Position numbers and translations under genes: made by a program. The notes under the pieces were generated by a model that had not been told where the DNA came from, made no database searches, and saw nothing but the letters and a program-made list of their open reading frames with translations. From Bacillota bacterium (GTDB taxonomy: Bacteria > Bacillota > Clostridia > Oscillospirales > Ruminococcaceae): a stretch of DNA of 48,378 nt. The DNA lies in the NCBI GenBank assembly GCA_023429685.1, contig JAEZDF010000045.1, positions 1 through 48,378 of the forward strand. Direction: 5' to 3'. Position 1 is the stretch's first letter. Every line of letters starts with the position of its first letter. This document shows, piece after piece, positions 1 through 9,205 of the stretch.

Positions 1-164
1 TTTTTCACATACTCTTTCATTGCCTTTTCCCTTAACGCAAGATGCTTGCTGTAGTATGCCAGTGCGTCCTGGTCTTTGGGATGCGTATCAAGGAACAGAT
101 TCGCTTCCAGCAGCGCAAAGTCACTGACCTGGATTCGCCTGAGAAGCATTGTCTTATTTTCCAC
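1..164 (-). CDS. cotJB: Spore coat protein CotJB, 5' part (runs off the window edge)
   Basis: Manual translation from GTG at 164 behind GAGGAGG gives MENKTMLLRRIQVSDFALLEANLFLDTHPKDQDALAYY..., with the LFLDTHP-x-D hallmark. Overlaps the cotJA stop. Not in the ORF track. Confidence 0.9.
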   Translation of the reverse strand, partial: MENKTMLLRRIQVSDFALLEANLFLDTHPKDQDALAYYSKHLALREKAMKEYVK

Positions 165-366
165 GCGGTAAGACCTCCTCGCCTAAGAACGGCTTATCAA
201 GACTGGGGAAGATGGTTCCCCGTACAAACCCGACCTCTGGGTCGTACGGCTTTTCCCACGTTTGAAAAGCGACATATGCTATTGCATACGAGATAGGCTG
301 GTTGGTAAACGCATCGCATGAAATCGCAGCCAATGTTCCCTCTTCGCCATAGCTGTTTTTCATCAT
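154..366 (-). CDS. cotJA: Spore coat associated protein CotJA
   Basis: AIAYVAFQTWEKPYDPEVGFVRGTIFPSLDKPF motif. ATG at 366 with GGAGG RBS. Directly upstream of cotJB. Confidence 0.88.
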   Translation of the reverse strand: MMKNSYGEEGTLAAISCDAFTNQPISYAIAYVAFQTWEKPYDPEVGFVRGTIFPSLDKPFLGEEVLPRGK

Positions 367-423
367 GTTATACCTCCATCGCTTTTGATTGGATAGTTTG
401 GGTAGGAAGTCCCCTACCCAAAC

Positions 424-452
424 CATCTTATGCGATGAAAAAGCACGCGGTG
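424..452 (-). promoter_or_regulatory. Putative mother-cell (sigK/sigE-type) promoter of the cotJ operon
   Basis: Minus strand CACC-N16-CATAAGAT fits ACM-N16-CATAnnnT. A hairpin at 392-427 overlaps the -10 end and the predicted transcript start. Confidence 0.55.
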
Positions 453-501
453 ACATTTTAGGTCAAAGAAAGTCAAAGTCAAACAAATGCAGTACAACGG
501 C

Positions 502-550
502 AAAATACCTCGGGATGGTTTTGCATAACGCCAAACCATCCCGGGGTATT
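502..550 (-). terminator. Intrinsic terminator after ftsZ and the small membrane gene
   Basis: About 18-bp inverted repeat (aatacctcgggatggttt / aaaccatcccggggtatt) with a short U tract on the - strand. Confidence 0.7.
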
Positions 551-568
551 ATCGTCGTGAAAAGAGTT

Positions 569-787
569 CTATTTTTTCTTAATAAGCGAAAGTACAACTC
601 GAACAGCGACAAGCAAAACAACGGCGCCAAGTGCTGCATACATAACAACCCGCAGTCCAAGCGGTGGGATATCGGGCAAGAACAGCGTGCGATTAACCGT
701 CTCGGCAAATAGAAGCGGCGCAAAGACCGCCGCAATCATCACTACCGCAAGTGCCGCTGCCAAAACCATGATTATTTTGCGTTTCAT
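569..787 (-). CDS. Small hypothetical membrane protein (2 hydrophobic segments)
   Basis: 72 aa, basic N- and C-termini, two hydrophobic helices. GAAAGGTG RBS upstream. Lies between ftsZ and a terminator. Confidence 0.6.
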   Translation of the reverse strand: MKRKIIMVLAAALAVVMIAAVFAPLLFAETVNRTLFLPDIPPLGLRVVMYAALGAVVLLVAVRVVLSLIKKK

Positions 788-845
788 TGCAATGTAAGCA
801 CCTTTCGTCCTTCAATGGCTATCTGCTCGATGCTACAAAGATGTC

Positions 846-1940
846 TTAATACTTCTTGTTGTTAAAAATCTTGAGCAGATCGATATAATCCTTGTCCTCT
901 TCCTCGGCTGCCTTTTCGTTGACGGGTGGCTCGGAGATGCCAGAAAAAGAGAAATCCATGACATGTTTTGTTACGGTTTGATTGTCAAACCCCGTCGCGA
1001 TTACGGTAATGCGCATCTCGTCGTCGAGTGAATCGTCAAACGCGGCACCCCAGATGATGTTTGCATCGGGATGTGCGGCGTTAGAGATCATTGTGGATGC
1101 ACGCTCTACCTCTTCCAGCTCAACATCCTTAGACGCCGTGATGTTAATAATAACGCCTCTTGCACCGTTGATGGAGGTCTCGAGCAACGGGCTTGAAATG
1201 GCAAGGGCGGCCGCTTGTTCTGCCTTATCCTTGCCTGCGGCACTGCCAACACCCATATGCGCATAGCCTGCGTCCTTCATGACCGTGCAAATATCCGCAA
1301 AATCGAGGTTTACAAGCCCGGGGACGTTAATGAGGTCGGATATGCTCTGCACGCCCTGACGCAGCACGTCATCCGCCGCGGTGAACGCGTTAAGCAAGGT
1401 TATCTTCTGCTGGGAGATCATCTTCAGACGCTCGTTTGGGATAACGACCAACGCATCCACACGCTCGCGAAGGTTTGCAATACCCTCCTCCGCCTGTTCC
1501 ATGCGGCGCTTGCCCTCAAAATCAAACGGCTTTGTAACAATGCCAACGGTCAGTATACCAAGGTCACGTGCAATCTCGGCGACAACAGGCGCAGCACCCG
1601 TGCCGGTGCCTCCACCCATGCCTGCGGTAATGAACACCATCTGTGTGCCTTTGAGCGCAGCGGCAATCTCTTCGCGGCTCTCTTCGGCTGCGCGTAAACC
1701 CTTTTCGGGGGAACCGCCCGCACCTCTGCCCTTGGTGAGTTTTTCACCAATCTGTATTTTGTGAGGAGCCAGTGAGCAGGACAATACCTGCTGGTCGGTG
1801 TTGATGGACAAAAACTCCACACTGCGCACACCGCCTTCAATCATACGATTCACTGCATTGCCGCCGCCGCCGCCGACACCCGCCACCTTTATGTTTACAA
1901 CTTTGTCGAAGTCCTCGCTGAATACAAACTTCATAGGCAT
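846..1940 (-). CDS. ftsZ: Cell division protein FtsZ
   Basis: [20 protein letters not shown] tubulin signature, NLDFAD loop. Start set at ATG 1940 (GGGGGA RBS). Confidence 0.98.
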   Translation of the reverse strand: MPMKFVFSEDFDKVVNIKVAGVGGGGGNAVNRMIEGGVRSVEFLSINTDQQVLSCSLAPHKIQIGEKLTKGRGAGGSPEKGLRAAEESREEIAAALKGTQMVFITAGMGGGTGTGAAPVVAEIARDLGILTVGIVTKPFDFEGKRRMEQAEEGIANLRERVDALVVIPNERLKMISQQKITLLNAFTAADDVLRQGVQSISDLINVPGLVNLDFADICTVMKDAGYAHMGVGSAAGKDKAEQAAALAISSPLLETSINGARGVIINITASKDVELEEVERASTMISNAAHPDANIIWGAAFDDSLDDEMRITVIATGFDNQTVTKHVMDFSFSGISEPPVNEKAAEEEDKDYIDLLKIFNNKKY

Positions 1941-2014
1941 AAAACGTCCCCCTAAAATACTTCTATCGAAACCCTGTGGATGGAAGCTGTTTATTATTGG
2001 ATGCTCTCTTATAT

Positions 2015-2043
2015 AATTTATCAGATTTTCAGCCAAAATACAA
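2015..2043 (-). promoter_or_regulatory. Putative sigA promoter for ftsZ
   Basis: TTGTAT-N17-TAAATT with a TG extended -10. Confidence 0.4.
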
Positions 2044-2103
2044 CATCTTGACGATTAAATCTGCAAATTGCGATAGATTGTCTACCATATATACGATATT
2101 ATT

Positions 2104-2985
2104 CTACTCTATTTGTCCTGCCGCTTGACTTGCGTCACTATTGTCTGCCTCCGGCTGCTCCTGCGAAGCGGATTCGGTTGCAGATGACCCCTCTGGTGGA
2201 ACCTGCATCGACGGCAATACGCTCACACTAAGGCTTGTCTCTCCATCAATCGCCTGTGCGTTTACAACCATTCCCGCATAAGCCCCCTGCGCTTGATACT
2301 GGCTGATAATCTCGCTTACAAACTCGAGCTTATACTCAAGATTGCTAGGTCCACCGAGCAAAACGGTATTGTTGTTTTCACATAGTAGTCGAAGGTTGGA
2401 AATGTCGTCAATCTCGATTTCCGTGACACCGGGTATCGTAAACTGATTAAGCGCCGCAAACAGGTTTTTTAGAATGGTTAAGTCTTCTTCGTTTTCTGTC
2501 TCAATATCCTCTCCCGCGGTCGGTTTTGTCAGTTCTAGTCCTGTGATGACGGGAGCATTCGCGTCGGGGGTTGGGCATTCGGGTTGAAGCACCTTGTAGT
2601 TGTCACTGAGCAACACATAGCTGCCGTTGTGATAAACCGAGGCAATTACCTTCGCTTCTTCTACCGATAAGACGACGGTGTCTGGAAGCTCAAACCGCAG
2701 CTGCGCGTTGCCTATGTAGCTGAGCATGCGCTGTATCTCGCCATTCACGGCACTCGGCTTAATCTTAAACATACTCGAGCCGATTTCAAGACCGCTTGCC
2801 GCAATGATCTCCCCCGTCTGATAACGGGTTGTGCCCTCGACAGTTATATTTTTAATGCGGATAAGCTTGTACGAAAGTACAATAAGCAGGACAGTCATAA
2901 CCACGATAACAGGCAGCACATAATGCACTGCACTTTTTTTGCGCCTGCGCCGATTACCTGTTCTGCCTTTTGCTGTACTACCCAT
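2104..2985 (-). CDS. ftsQ: Cell division protein FtsQ/DivIB (POTRA domain)
   Basis: Basic N-terminus, single TM, POTRA-like IKNITVEG...LPDTVVLSVEE, position in dcw. Confidence 0.85.
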   Translation of the reverse strand: MGSTAKGRTGNRRRRKKSAVHYVLPVIVVMTVLLIVLSYKLIRIKNITVEGTTRYQTGEIIAASGLEIGSSMFKIKPSAVNGEIQRMLSYIGNAQLRFELPDTVVLSVEEAKVIASVYHNGSYVLLSDNYKVLQPECPTPDANAPVITGLELTKPTAGEDIETENEEDLTILKNLFAALNQFTIPGVTEIEIDDISNLRLLCENNNTVLLGGPSNLEYKLEFVSEIISQYQAQGAYAGMVVNAQAIDGETSLSVSVLPSMQVPPEGSSATESASQEQPEADNSDASQAAGQIE

Positions 2986-3034
2986 GGCTTAGCCCTACGC
3001 CTTTCCGCTGCCTTTGTTTTTCCTCGGCAATCAT

Positions 3035-4294
3035 TTATTCGTCAACCCTAATTACACGAGCACCCAGTGCCTTGAGGGTATCCTCCATCCGTTCGTAACC
3101 GCGGTCGATGTGCCGCACACCGTTAATCTCGGTAACACCCTCCGCCGCCAATGCCGCGACCACAAGAGCCGCCCCACCGCGAAGGTCGGTACAATCCACG
3201 CTTGCGCTGTAAAGTGCGGGAACGCCCTCTACAACGGCTACCCTACCCTCCAGCTTTATCTTTGCGCCCAACCGCGTCAGTTCCGCGACGTGCTTAAAGC
3301 GGTTTTCAAAGATATTCTCCACAAAGATGCTTGCCCCGTCAGCGATTGTTGCCACTGCCATAATCGGAGCCTGCGCATCGGTGGGAAACCCCGGATACGG
3401 CATTGTTCGAACGGTTTGAATCGCCTTGGGGCGGGCGCTGTTTTTCAGATAGATGCTGTTGTTTGACAAGATCAGTTTACAACCAGCCTGCTCCAACACC
3501 GGCAAGATGGCACCAATATGGCGAGACTGCATGCCCTTTAGTAATATCTCGCCTTTTGTGACGGTTGCCGCACAAAGAAAGGTCGCGGCGACAATGCGAT
3601 CCGGAATTACCTCGTGGGCGGCTGCGCGCAGCTCATGAACGCCACTGATATAGATTGTGCTCTCGCCTGCCCCTCTAATCTTTGCACCGCAGGCGTTAAG
3701 GTAGTTGGCAAGGTCAACAATCTCCGGCTCTCTAGCCGCATTGGATATGGATGTCTCCCCCTTTGCAAGGGTTGCAGCTATCATAACGTTCTCTGTCGCC
3801 CCAACACTTGGGAACGACAGGGCGATGTGTGCACCGGTAAGCCCGTTTGGCAGCGAACAGTCGATATACCCGTGATCTTCCACAATCTCCGCACCCAGAC
3901 GTTTTAACCCGTAGATGTGCAGGTCAATTGGACGCGGACCGAGCTCGCAGCCTCCGGGGAAAGAGATTCGTGCTCTGCCTGTTTTGGCTAAGATTGCGCC
4001 TAAAAACACAATGGAGGAGCGCATCTCGCGCATGAGATGGGTTGGGATGTCACTTTTGGACAAGCCGGCGGTACGTATGGTAGTAACATGACCGTCAGTT
4101 GTTGTGTTGCAACCGAGATAATCGATGATATTACGGGCAGCGTCGATATCAGATAGGTCGGGGCAGTTGCCAATGACGCTTTCGCCGCTGCACATGATGC
4201 TTGCAGCAAGAATGGGAAGCGCACTGTTCTTAGCCCCTTGAACCTTGATTTCGCCGGCAATCTTTTCTCCGCCCTCAATCAAGTATTTATTCAT
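3035..4294 (-). CDS. murA: UDP-N-acetylglucosamine 1-carboxyvinyltransferase (dcw copy)
   Basis: GAKNSALP, PGGCELGPRPIDLH (catalytic Cys), SVGATEN, PGFPTD, DLRGGA. ATG 4294 with GAAGGGG RBS. Confidence 0.96.
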   Translation of the reverse strand: MNKYLIEGGEKIAGEIKVQGAKNSALPILAASIMCSGESVIGNCPDLSDIDAARNIIDYLGCNTTTDGHVTTIRTAGLSKSDIPTHLMREMRSSIVFLGAILAKTGRARISFPGGCELGPRPIDLHIYGLKRLGAEIVEDHGYIDCSLPNGLTGAHIALSFPSVGATENVMIAATLAKGETSISNAAREPEIVDLANYLNACGAKIRGAGESTIYISGVHELRAAAHEVIPDRIVAATFLCAATVTKGEILLKGMQSRHIGAILPVLEQAGCKLILSNNSIYLKNSARPKAIQTVRTMPYPGFPTDAQAPIMAVATIADGASIFVENIFENRFKHVAELTRLGAKIKLEGRVAVVEGVPALYSASVDCTDLRGGAALVVAALAAEGVTEINGVRHIDRGYERMEDTLKALGARVIRVDE

Positions 4295-4380
4295 GTCTTT
4301 GCACCCCTTCAAATAAGCAGAGCAAAGGGATGGGCGCCTGCAAAAGCATTTGCATTTGCAGTAACTTCTCCCTCACAAGC

Positions 4381-4410
4381 CATACTATGCTTACCTTATC
4401 GGGATTGTGA
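4381..4410 (-). promoter_or_regulatory. Putative sigE/sigK-type internal promoter upstream of murA
   Basis: Minus strand TCACAAT-N14-CATAGTAT resembles the sigE consensus TCATATT-N14-CATACAAT. Confidence 0.5.
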
Positions 4411-4425
4411 AAGAACGGATATTTA

Positions 4426-5550
4426 CTATAAAAGTTGCTTAATCTCGCGGTAAATACGATCGTTTGCGTCCACGATTGCAAGCTGCGCCGCAGCCGCGGA
4501 TAGCGCTAGCAGCCTGTCCGGGTGGGTAATCAGTTCCTCCACCGATTGGATTAAACGTCCGCCGGATAGCTGTGCCTCTTCGATAACAACCGCCGCATTG
4601 CTGCGGGCAAGCACCATTGCGTTGTGGTACTGGTGGTTTTCGGTGACGTTGGGGGATGGAATTAGGATGGATGCCTTGCCTGATGCCTGAATCTCACTCA
4701 GAGTAATCGCGCCGGCGCGAGAGATAACAAGGTCGGCCGCCGCGTTGCAACGGGGCATATCGTCTATGTATTCGCGCACCATAATCTGCGGATTGTCGGC
4801 AAGTTTGACGCCGCGCTCAGAAAGCAACGCCATAAACGAATCGTACCCTTTTTTGCCGGTACCGTGGATGTGGTATACGGGTTTGTCTTTGTGATTGCTG
4901 TGCCATGCCATTAAATCGGCGACCGACTCATTGATGGCGCGTGCCCCCAGACTGCCCCCAAACGACAGGATGCAGGGGCGGTCATCAAAGCCGAGCTCCG
5001 TTCTTGCCTTGTCCTTTTTATAAAAGATAATCTCCTCGCGGATGGGATTGCCCGTAACTACGAACTCCGCTCTGGGTGAAAGGTGCTTCTTTGCCTCCTC
5101 CACCGCGAGCAATACCTTGTCCACATGTTTTGAAACCAGCTTTGTGGTCATGCCGGGGAAGGCATTTTGTTCGTGGGTTAGTGTCTTAATGCCCATTGCG
5201 GCAGCCTGTATGATAACGGGGGCACTGACGTACCCACCTGTGCCAAGCACCAAATCGGGAGCAAAGTCGGCGAGAATTTTCCCCGCTTCTTTTCTTGCGG
5301 TATACAGCTGCATGATGGCATTCACGTTCTTTTTAATTGCACCAAGCCTTGTGCTGCGCACGATACCCCGTGCATGAATGCCCGCAAACGCAAAGCCCTG
5401 TGCGGGCACGAGCTGTGCCTCCATGCCATTTTGGTTTCCAATGTATAGAATCTTCGCCTGCGGTTCTCTGCTGCGCAGGTAGCCCGCAACCGCAAGCGCG
5501 GGGTTAATATGTCCGGCTGTTCCTCCGCCGGTAAAGATAACGCGCATCAT
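4426..5550 (-). CDS. murG: Undecaprenyl-PP-MurNAc-pentapeptide N-acetylglucosaminyltransferase
   Basis: GGGTAGHINP, GTGGYVS, HEQN, GGSLGA, HQYHNA motifs. Confidence 0.97.
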   Translation of the reverse strand: MMRVIFTGGGTAGHINPALAVAGYLRSREPQAKILYIGNQNGMEAQLVPAQGFAFAGIHARGIVRSTRLGAIKKNVNAIMQLYTARKEAGKILADFAPDLVLGTGGYVSAPVIIQAAAMGIKTLTHEQNAFPGMTTKLVSKHVDKVLLAVEEAKKHLSPRAEFVVTGNPIREEIIFYKKDKARTELGFDDRPCILSFGGSLGARAINESVADLMAWHSNHKDKPVYHIHGTGKKGYDSFMALLSERGVKLADNPQIMVREYIDDMPRCNAAADLVISRAGAITLSEIQASGKASILIPSPNVTENHQYHNAMVLARSNAAVVIEEAQLSGGRLIQSVEELITHPDRLLALSAAAAQLAIVDANDRIYREIKQLL

Positions 5551-5581
5551 TTATGTTCCTTTCCGGGTTTTTTGACCTTGG

Positions 5582-6715
5582 TTACACCTTCTCCATCACG
5601 GAGAATCGCGAAACCGATAGCACAACACCCATTTGGCACAACAGCATAACAAGGGACGATCCGCCATAGCTGAAAAACGGCAAGCTGATGCCCGTGTTGG
5701 GGATGGTGCCTGTGACCACCGCAATATTAAGGATTGCCTGCACACCGATCTGCGTGGTAAGCCCCATGGCAAGCAGCGAACCAAACCGGTCACGCGCGCG
5801 CATTGCGATAACAAAACCGCGCCAGACAAAGAGCGCAAATAGAATGATGATAAACGTTGCGCCGATAAAACCAAGCTCCTCGCAGATGATAGAGAAGATA
5901 AAATCGTTTTGCGGCTCGGGCACATACAGGTACTTCTGGCGGGAGTTGCCCAGTCCCTGCCCGAGCAGCCCACCCGAACCAATGGCATACAACGACTGCA
6001 GGATCTGGTGACCCGAGTCGGTCGGGTCGATGGTGGGGTCTAACCAAATCTGTATTCGCTCTATTGCATAACCCATCTTGTTGGTCAGCGCAATGTACGC
6101 AACCGCAAGCGCGGCACCCGCAGAACCAAACAGAACAAACCAGCGAAGCTTTACACCGCCAATAAACATGATAACGGCACCCAAAATGGTGATTAGAATC
6201 GTGCCGGAAAGGTGTTTTTCTAAAAATACCAGCACCACGACCGGTCCTAAAAACGCAAAGCACAGCAAAAATCCATTTACGAATTTGTCCATCTGTTGGC
6301 CTTTGTGCGCAATAACGTGAGAGAGGATGAGCACAACCCCAAACTTCGCAATCTCCGACGGCTGAAACTGGATACCGAATAACACAACCCAACGATGCGT
6401 TCCCTTTATGGATGGAGAAAAAAGCGCAAATATCAGCAGCGCGATTACGATAACATAGACAATCACCGCAAGGTGGTGCAGTAGATGGTAGTCAAAGTAC
6501 GAGATAAAGAACATCAGCGCGACACCCATCAGCGAGAACAGCACCTGACTTTTGATAAAGATATAGCTGTCGCCATAATAGTACAGCGCGTAGGCATAGC
6601 TTGAGGAGAACAACATAATAAGCCCCATGCCGAGCAGCGCCAAGGTGAGCAGGAAGAAGGTGATGTCCATGCCGCCCTTGGGAAAGCGCAGCATCGATTT
6701 AATACTAGACTTCAA
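5582..6715 (-). CDS. ftsW: SEDS peptidoglycan polymerase FtsW/SpoVE
   Basis: RW..FQPSEIAK, PEPQNDFIFSIICEELG, PNTGISLPFFSYGGSS; multi-TM. Confidence 0.93.
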   Translation of the reverse strand: MKSSIKSMLRFPKGGMDITFFLLTLALLGMGLIMLFSSSYAYALYYYGDSYIFIKSQVLFSLMGVALMFFISYFDYHLLHHLAVIVYVIVIALLIFALFSPSIKGTHRWVVLFGIQFQPSEIAKFGVVLILSHVIAHKGQQMDKFVNGFLLCFAFLGPVVVLVFLEKHLSGTILITILGAVIMFIGGVKLRWFVLFGSAGAALAVAYIALTNKMGYAIERIQIWLDPTIDPTDSGHQILQSLYAIGSGGLLGQGLGNSRQKYLYVPEPQNDFIFSIICEELGFIGATFIIILFALFVWRGFVIAMRARDRFGSLLAMGLTTQIGVQAILNIAVVTGTIPNTGISLPFFSYGGSSLVMLLCQMGVVLSVSRFSVMEKV

Positions 6716-6751
6716 TCAGGACACACCCCTATTCCGTACAAAATTACCCTG

Positions 6752-7768
6752 TTACACGAGTGTTAACGCCCATAGTGCAAGCGCACCACCAACCACACCG
6801 ACCAGAGTAAAGGACATTACAATCTTCACTTCACTAAAGCCGGACATTTCATAGTGGTGATGGATCGGGCTCATCTTAAACACCCTTTTTTTCGTCAGCT
6901 TAAAGCTGATAACCTGAATGACAACCGACAACGCTTCAAGGATATAAACAATCCCCGCAAGTGCCAAAAATGCGGGCATATTGATGCCAAAGCTGATGGC
7001 AACCACCGCCCCGCCCAAAAACATCGAGCCAGTATCGCCCATAAACACCTTTGCGGGGTGAAAATTCCATACAAGAAAGCCGATACACGCCGCCGCGAGT
7101 GCTACGGCAAAGATTCCCTGCTTATACTGCCCGAGCATTGCGCACATCAGCATGAGTGAGACGCCGCACACAAAGGTAAGCGATGCGCACAGTCCATCAA
7201 TGCCATCGGAAAGGTTGACGGCGTTGACCATGAAGTAGATGACGAGCACCGAGAATGGGTAGTAGAACAGGCCCATATTCCAAGCCCCTAAGAACGGGAC
7301 AATCATGGTGGTCGTGCGGTCGCCGGCAAGGTACAGGGTAAGTAGGTATAGTATTGCCGCAAGTATCTGCATTATTGTTTTTTGAGAAGCGGTAAGCCCA
7401 AGATTTCTCTTTTTAACCACCTTAATATAATCGTCGGTGAAACCGATAAAGCCGTTTGCAAGCGCAAGCAGCACCCCTGCTGCCAGCTTGATGTTGTCAA
7501 GGCGCGCGGTGACTTCTTGCGTTGTATCGCGAAAATAAGAGAGTGCAAACAACCCCGCCATAAGACCCGCAAGGGTACCGATGATAAACATAATGCCGCC
7601 CATGGTGGGTGTACCCTGCTTGTTCTTGTGCCATGTGGGTCCAATCTCTTTAATGGTCTGCCCGTAGCGCAGCTTGGTTAAATACGGAATCAAACCGCGT
7701 CCTACGAATGCGGTGACTACGAAGGCAACCAGTGCCGTTACAATCGTTGCTGTCGAGTTCATTTGCAA
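6752..7768 (-). CDS. mraY: Phospho-N-acetylmuramoyl-pentapeptide transferase
   Basis: KQGTPTMGG, DDYIK, NAVNLSDGIDGL, FMGDTGS, PIHHHYE. Alternative start at ATG 7762. Confidence 0.97.
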   Translation of the reverse strand: MQMNSTATIVTALVAFVVTAFVGRGLIPYLTKLRYGQTIKEIGPTWHKNKQGTPTMGGIMFIIGTLAGLMAGLFALSYFRDTTQEVTARLDNIKLAAGVLLALANGFIGFTDDYIKVVKKRNLGLTASQKTIMQILAAILYLLTLYLAGDRTTTMIVPFLGAWNMGLFYYPFSVLVIYFMVNAVNLSDGIDGLCASLTFVCGVSLMLMCAMLGQYKQGIFAVALAAACIGFLVWNFHPAKVFMGDTGSMFLGGAVVAISFGINMPAFLALAGIVYILEALSVVIQVISFKLTKKRVFKMSPIHHHYEMSGFSEVKIVMSFTLVGVVGGALALWALTLV

Positions 7769-7792
7769 AACATCCTTTTAATAAAACTGGGG

Positions 7793-9178
7793 TTAATCCC
7801 TCGCTTTGTTACCCGTCTGACTGTAAAAGCCTTCGATTATCTCCTCAAGGCGCATACCGCGACTACCCTTGAACAGAATGGTATCTTCGGGCTTTGCCGT
7901 TTCAATCAGCTTTTGCGCGGCTTGCCCCTTGTCGCTATAGTAATACACCTCGGGCACCCCCTCGCACTGTGCCGTCCTTGCGATGTGAACCGCTTCGGTT
8001 CCGAATGCAATCAACACATCGGTGCCACTCAGAGCCGCAAGGCTGCCAACCGCTTCGTGCGCTGTCTGCGAGTAGTCGCCGAGCTCCAGCATGTCGGCAA
8101 GCACAGCAACGCTTCTTCCGCCCGATTCACCCTTAAGCGTGCTGAGGGTGCCAAGTGCCGCTTTCATGGAGTCGGGGCTTGCGTTGTAGCAGTCTTCAAT
8201 CACAGTAAAGCCGCCGTACCGCACAATTTTTTGGCGCATGCCGGACGGTGTGTATTCTGTAAGCGCCGCCGTGCATTTAGCAAGGTCAAGGTTCAGTGCG
8301 GCGGCAACGCAAAATGCTGCAAGCGCATTGAGTACGTTGTGTGCGCCGATACAGGGTATGCGGGCAGGATACTCCCTATCTTTATATCGGATGATAAACT
8401 GCGTTTCTTCACCCTTGCGCAAGATATTCTTGGCGGTAACATCCGCCTGCAAATTTTCGATACCGTATGATAGTATAGCAAGACCACGATGGGTTTTTAT
8501 GTCGCAAAGAAGGTCGTTGTCATAATTGAGTATCAGCACTGCGTCCTGCGGCAGACCCTCGGCAACCTCCAGCTTTGCTTTTAGAATGTTCTCTCTGCTA
8601 CCGAGGTTCTCGATGTGGGATACCCCGACGTTTGTAATGACCGCAACGGTCGGAAGCGCCGCAGCAGACAACAGCGAAAGGTCTCCCAGGTGGGTCATGC
8701 CCATCTCGAGCACCGCACAGCCATAGCTTTCGTCTAGGCTCAGCAGAGTAAGCGGCAGTCCAATTTCGTTGTTGCGGTTGCCTTCGGTTTTAAGCGTCTT
8801 ATATTCAGCCCCCAACGCACAGGCAATCATGTCCTTGGTGGTGGTTTTGCCCACACTACCCGTCACCGCTACGATGGGAAGATCGTATTTCAGGCGGTAT
8901 GCACAGCCTATGGTAATCAGCGCGCGCTGGGTGTCCTTTACATAGATAACCGGCTTATCCGCATCCAAAATCTCTTTGCGGCACACGGCGGCGACAGCAC
9001 CCTGCGCAAACGCGTCGCGTACAAAGCTGTGCCCGTCAAACCGCTCCCCCTCCAGCGCAACAAACAGGCAGCCTGGGGTGATGGCACGAGAATCGGTGCA
9101 CACATCCAGTACGGATATCCCTTCGGGAACCTTTTGCCCAAACAAACTAGCGATGTCGTTTAACATCCATGGCTTCAA
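7793..9178 (-). CDS. murF: UDP-MurNAc-tripeptide:D-Ala-D-Ala ligase
   Basis: TGSVGKTTTK, NNEIGLP, DCYNASPDSM, MLELG, KGSRG. TTG start with GGAGG. Confidence 0.96.
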   Translation of the reverse strand: MKPWMLNDIASLFGQKVPEGISVLDVCTDSRAITPGCLFVALEGERFDGHSFVRDAFAQGAVAAVCRKEILDADKPVIYVKDTQRALITIGCAYRLKYDLPIVAVTGSVGKTTTKDMIACALGAEYKTLKTEGNRNNEIGLPLTLLSLDESYGCAVLEMGMTHLGDLSLLSAAALPTVAVITNVGVSHIENLGSRENILKAKLEVAEGLPQDAVLILNYDNDLLCDIKTHRGLAILSYGIENLQADVTAKNILRKGEETQFIIRYKDREYPARIPCIGAHNVLNALAAFCVAAALNLDLAKCTAALTEYTPSGMRQKIVRYGGFTVIEDCYNASPDSMKAALGTLSTLKGESGGRSVAVLADMLELGDYSQTAHEAVGSLAALSGTDVLIAFGTEAVHIARTAQCEGVPEVYYYSDKGQAAQKLIETAKPEDTILFKGSRGMRLEEIIEGFYSQTGNKARD

Positions 9179-9205
9179 AATTCGGTTCCTCCACTTCGTA
9201 GGGTT

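Noticed and set aside
1941..2036. N-terminal extension of FtsZ in the ORF track
   Set aside because: The RBS supports ATG 1940 and the extension overlaps the predicted promoter. Similar over-long starts were trimmed for mraZ, coaD, rsmD, ylxM, bioY, gdhA and others.
3035..4294. Fosfomycin-resistant MurA variant
   Set aside because: Both MurA copies keep the active-site Cys (PGGC); there is no Cys-to-Asp change.
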